DNA of 64,000 bases from Phycisphaerae bacterium. Lineage in GTDB: Bacteria > Planctomycetota > Phycisphaerae > UBA1845. The stretch covers positions 1,856,001 through 1,920,000 of the forward strand of contig CAXXGO010000006.1 in assembly GCA_963666835.2 (NCBI GenBank). The letters run 5' to 3'. Shown in pieces: positions 59,102-64,000 of this stretch (its first letter is position 1; every line of letters starts with the position of its first letter). The translations under genes were made by a program, and so were the position numbers. Below the pieces are notes generated by a model. That model searched no databases. It worked only from the letters and a program-made list of their open reading frames with translations, and had not been told where the DNA came from.

Positions 59102-60350
59102 TATTCGAGAGGTCCCACAATGAGGGGCCGGCCGGAACTGCGCTCATCTGTCCGGAGTTCCAGTAACTTCCCAAGTCCATGATGCCATCGCGGATGATCT
59201 GCGTTACATCCCGATCCACGCGCGTTGCAGGCACGATCCTTGTTTCACCGTCATTCCGGTCAGCGAGGAAGAGCTCCGAAGGGTTCAGATGTGATACCAG
59301 TACTGGGGAGTGAGTAGTAAGGATGATCTGCTTCTTCTTTGATTGTGTGCGGCATGTATCGATAAAGTCTTTCATGACCCACGGGTGAAGACCGTTTTCC
59401 GGTTCCTCGATGGCGACAGTCCTGAGACGAGAATCCAACAGTGCTACGAACATCGCGAGAGTTCGCAGAGTGCCATCCGAGAGGTCATTTGCGTACCATT
59501 GCCTACCCACGCCCTCTTCGCGAACGAACAACCCGAGTTGCTTGGTTTCCACGTAGTCTGTTTTGATCTCTGCAAGAGTGGCTACCGCTCCCTGCAGATG
59601 CGACAGCAACTCCTCGTGAGTATCTGCATCCTCTCTTTGGAGGTGTTGCAGCACTGCAGGGAGGTTCGTTCCGGTCCGTCCCAGCTCCTTTCGACCGGAC
59701 GGATCACCCGGCTCCCGCACGCTCGCGGGTGAGATTTGGTACACGCCCACACACGAGAGAATCTTCCTGAAGACCGCCAGCGGGGGGAAGATACTGAGGT
59801 AACTGCCCATGGCTAGTTGGTCATCGGGGATCTCGCGTCTAGAGGACTCGTCGATGAACTTGAGTGTCGAAGATACTATCGGATGGCCGTTTTTCGGTTG
59901 TTCGTTGAACCCCTTCTTCCGATCGAAAGACAAGCGATGGTGCTTGCTGTCGTGCGTGTAATCGAGGTCGCACGCTTCGTCGACAATCTTGTACGGGGCT
60001 GCAATCGTCTGTTTCGAAGCCCTGAACGAGAAACGGTATTCAAGCGTGAGATCGTGAAATGGAAGCCCCTCATCCGGGTTGAAGGGCAACCGCTCAATCG
60101 AACAGCTGACTGCGAATTCAATCGCCCCTTTGGCGCGGCGAGCTCTTCTGAAGGCGATGTTCTCATAACCCCCTTTGCTGGCGACGGCTTCCACGAGACC
60201 ATCGCGGAAACACCGCCCAAGGAAATCGAGGCTATCAACGAAGTTGGTTTTCCCTGCCGCGTTGGCTCCCACTACCACCATGAAGTCGTTGGGCTTCAGC
60301 TCTACGTCCTTCAACGACTTGTAGTTCTTCACGCCTAAGTGTGACAGCAT
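59076..60350 (-). CDS. ABC-type AAA_15/AAA_21 ATPase
   Basis: VKNYKSL, Walker A GANAAGKT, signature LSDG, Walker B IEEPENGLHP, TTHSP. Confidence 0.92.
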   Translation of the reverse strand: MLSHLGVKNYKSLKDVELKPNDFMVVVGANAAGKTNFVDSLDFLGRCFRDGLVEAVASKGGYENIAFRRARRAKGAIEFAVSCSIERLPFNPDEGLPFHDLTLEYRFSFRASKQTIAAPYKIVDEACDLDYTHDSKHHRLSFDRKKGFNEQPKNGHPIVSSTLKFIDESSRREIPDDQLAMGSYLSIFPPLAVFRKILSCVGVYQISPASVREPGDPSGRKELGRTGTNLPAVLQHLQREDADTHEELLSHLQGAVATLAEIKTDYVETKQLGLFVREEGVGRQWYANDLSDGTLRTLAMFVALLDSRLRTVAIEEPENGLHPWVMKDFIDTCRTQSKKKQIILTTHSPVLVSHLNPSELFLADRNDGETRIVPATRVDRDVTQIIRDGIMDLGSYWNSGQMSAVPAGPSLWDLSNNGEADDIE

Positions 60351-60390
60351 TATGCGCCTCGATCCTCGTTTTGTGCGGCATGCCTGCCGA

Positions 60391-61431
60391 CTAATCCACA
60401 CCCTGTTCAGCCAGCCAGCGTTCCGCGTCGATTGCCGCTTTGCAGCCCATTCCGGCGGCGGAGATTGCCTGCCGGTAGACGCTGTCCACCACGTCGCCGG
60501 CACCGAACACGCCTTCGACACTTGTGGTCGACCGGTAGGGATCGGCCAGCTTGATGTAACGCTTCTCGTCGAGTTCGAGCTGGCCTTCCAGGAACTTCGT
60601 GGCCGGTGTGTGGCCGATGGCCATGAACATGCCGCCCACCTCCAGCGTGGATTCCTCGTTGCTGACGGTGTCTTTCAGTCTAATCCCGGTGATCTTGTCC
60701 TCGCCGAGCACATCGACCGGGAACTTGTTCCAGAGAATCTCGATCTTCGGATTGTCCGCCGCCCGCTGCGCCATGATTTTCGACGCCCGAAGCTGGTCGC
60801 GGCGATGGATCAGGCACACCTTCGAAGCAAACTTGGTGAGATACATGGCCTCCTCGACTGCTGAGTCGCCCCCGCCCACGACGGCAAGAACCTGATCACG
60901 AAAGACCGGCAACGCCCCATCACACACCGCACAGGCGCTGACCCCGCCGCCACTCCGCGCCAGCCGCTGCTCGTTTTCGAGCCCGAGCCAGTTGGCCGTG
61001 GCCCCGGTGGCGACGATCAGAGCGTGGGCACGATACTCCGTGTCGTCCTCTCCGATTACCAGGAAAGGCCGTTGCGAAAGATCGACGCGCCGGCAATCGT
61101 GGTATGAATACGAGTGCCCGTCGTCCGGATTGGATACGTCGGGGTTGAGCCCCGCGTCCGTGACGATTCGGGTCCCGAACCGGACGGCCTGCTGCTCCAA
61201 CTGGGCCATCAACGCCGGCCCGGTGATCCCGTCTGGGAATCCGGGGAAGTTCTCGACCTCGGTGGTCATCATGAGCTGCCCGCCCGGCAGAACGGTGGAC
61301 GGCACCGTCTTGGGACGCCCGGCAAACACCAGCGGGCGGAGATTAGCCCGGGCGGCGTAGATGGCCGCGGTCCACCCGGCCGGTCCTGATCCGATGATGA
61401 TGACTTTCTCAATCTGACCGTTCGATGGCAT
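60391..61431 (-). CDS. trxB: Thioredoxin-disulfide reductase
   Basis: [56 protein letters not shown]. Confidence 0.96.
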   Translation of the reverse strand: MPSNGQIEKVIIIGSGPAGWTAAIYAARANLRPLVFAGRPKTVPSTVLPGGQLMMTTEVENFPGFPDGITGPALMAQLEQQAVRFGTRIVTDAGLNPDVSNPDDGHSYSYHDCRRVDLSQRPFLVIGEDDTEYRAHALIVATGATANWLGLENEQRLARSGGGVSACAVCDGALPVFRDQVLAVVGGGDSAVEEAMYLTKFASKVCLIHRRDQLRASKIMAQRAADNPKIEILWNKFPVDVLGEDKITGIRLKDTVSNEESTLEVGGMFMAIGHTPATKFLEGQLELDEKRYIKLADPYRSTTSVEGVFGAGDVVDSVYRQAISAAGMGCKAAIDAERWLAEQGVD

Positions 61432-61687
61432 GACGATTCGCGCTCCTGGATCACCCGTAGTTGCGGCATTCCGAGGCCGGCGGCCACCCGATGTGGTTGC
61501 CGTCCTCGGACCGGTGAGTTCATGATAGCCTTCAATGCAGGGTTCTCCAAGCGGGGAGCGTGATCGGGTTTGACCGTGTCAGAGGCGGCTTCTATCCTCA
61601 GGGCTTGGCGGGTGGTAGGAATGGTGTGACGCGGCTCTTCGTGGGCGGCCGGTTGGTGCTCGCAGGGGAGAACAAGGGGGCGAGGAT

Positions 61688-62659
61688 ATGTCTCAATTGC
61701 GCAGATTGTCGCGGACTGCACGGATAGCGTGTCTGGTTGCGTTCGGCTTGTTCGTTGGCTGTTCTTCGACCCAGCGTGCCAGCGCGCCCGTGGAGTTCAC
61801 CGCGCAGCCTTGGACGGAAGACGGATTCACGGGCAGGTGGATTACGACTCCGCACTTCGAGATAGCCAGCACCCTGCGCGACGTGGAGTTCGAAGCTGCG
61901 TTGCCCGGCTTCCTCGAGGCGGCTTATGCGGGTTATCAGAAATCGCTGCCCGTGGCGGATGGTCGGGCGGCTAAGCTGACCACGTATGTTTTCGGAAGCC
62001 GGCCGGAGTGGGAGCAATTCGTTCGGCGTCGGTTCCCGGATCGGCATGCGCTCTACTCGCGCATTCGATCGGGCGGGTTTACCGAACGCGCGGTCTCGGT
62101 TTCTTTTTACACCGGGCGTCCCACCACGCTAGCTACGCTGGCGCACGAGGGCTGGCATCAATATGTGTCTTCGAATGTCGAGACTCCGATTCCGGCGTGG
62201 CTCAATGAGGGGTTGGCTTGTTACCACGAAGCGGTGGACTACGTCGGCCGCGTGCCGCGTTTCACCCCGCGGCACAACACGTTCCGCATCAACAACCTGC
62301 GAACGGCGATTCAGCGCGACGAGTTACTGTCCGTTCCGGAGCTTGTGGACACCGACGCCGGTCAGATCATCGGCGAAGATGACAGCATCAAGACCCAGAC
62401 ATATTACGCCCAAGCCTGGGCGTTGATTACATATTTGCGACACGGGGTTGACGGTAAACATGCCGCGGCGTTCGATAAGCTGCTCAGCGATTTGGCGTCG
62501 GGCGAGTACGCCGTGCGCGTAAGTGCCGCGAAGCTATCAGCGGGAGCGTCGGCGGCCATCAGTGACGCGGAGGCCGCATTTGAAGCCTACTTCGGATGCC
62601 CGTCTCGGGATATTGCGGATTCATACTACGATCACCTCATTCGGGTGGCGGACTATTAG
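61688..62659 (+). CDS. Lipoprotein with a DUF1570/zincin-like HExxH motif
   Basis: LFVG-C lipobox; LAHEGWHQY, PAWLNEGLACY, YYAQAWAL. Confidence 0.8.
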   Translation: MSQLRRLSRTARIACLVAFGLFVGCSSTQRASAPVEFTAQPWTEDGFTGRWITTPHFEIASTLRDVEFEAALPGFLEAAYAGYQKSLPVADGRAAKLTTYVFGSRPEWEQFVRRRFPDRHALYSRIRSGGFTERAVSVSFYTGRPTTLATLAHEGWHQYVSSNVETPIPAWLNEGLACYHEAVDYVGRVPRFTPRHNTFRINNLRTAIQRDELLSVPELVDTDAGQIIGEDDSIKTQTYYAQAWALITYLRHGVDGKHAAAFDKLLSDLASGEYAVRVSAAKLSAGASAAISDAEAAFEAYFGCPSRDIADSYYDHLIRVADY

Positions 62660-62680
62660 TGCCGGGTAGCGCGGGCGGGG

Positions 62681-64000
<1,320 letters not shown>

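Overview
GC-rich bacterial chromosomal segment, probably Planctomycetota (Phycisphaerae-like). The taxonomy is inferred from dockerin-tailed secreted proteins, a DUF1570-type protein and the style of the REP palindromes. Housekeeping genes (asnS, trpA, trxB, partial ligA, a HisJ-family phosphatase, a DacZ-type diadenylate cyclase) are mixed with cell-surface and glycan genes. Main points: (1) a co-oriented minus-strand cluster at ~20.2-9.0 kb encoding two small Cys-containing proteins, a TPR plus outer-membrane beta-barrel protein (Slam/DUF560-like), a FecR-domain protein, a 1661-aa Cys-rich repeat lipoprotein and a Ca-binding repeat protein with a C-terminal anchor, together a candidate surface-protein export system; (2) a ~200-nt rod-shaped RNA behind a sigma70 promoter at 23.35-23.55 kb, very likely 6S RNA; (3) a ~2-kb non-coding array at 49.3-51.2 kb of 312-bp units, each a mosaic of several REP-like palindrome families, with a 624-bp higher-order pattern; (4) an HTH plus double aspartyl-protease cassette between 71-bp REP-containing direct repeats; (5) an ABC-type ATPase plus TOPRIM-like (DUF4276-like) pair, a candidate defence module; (6) frameshifts in an S8 protease (G9 tract) and a dense cluster of them in a glycosyltransferase/FkbM operon, which may be sequencing errors. 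I recognised no tRNA, rRNA, CRISPR array, transposase or reverse transcriptase. All family assignments are by-eye motif recognition, not database results.
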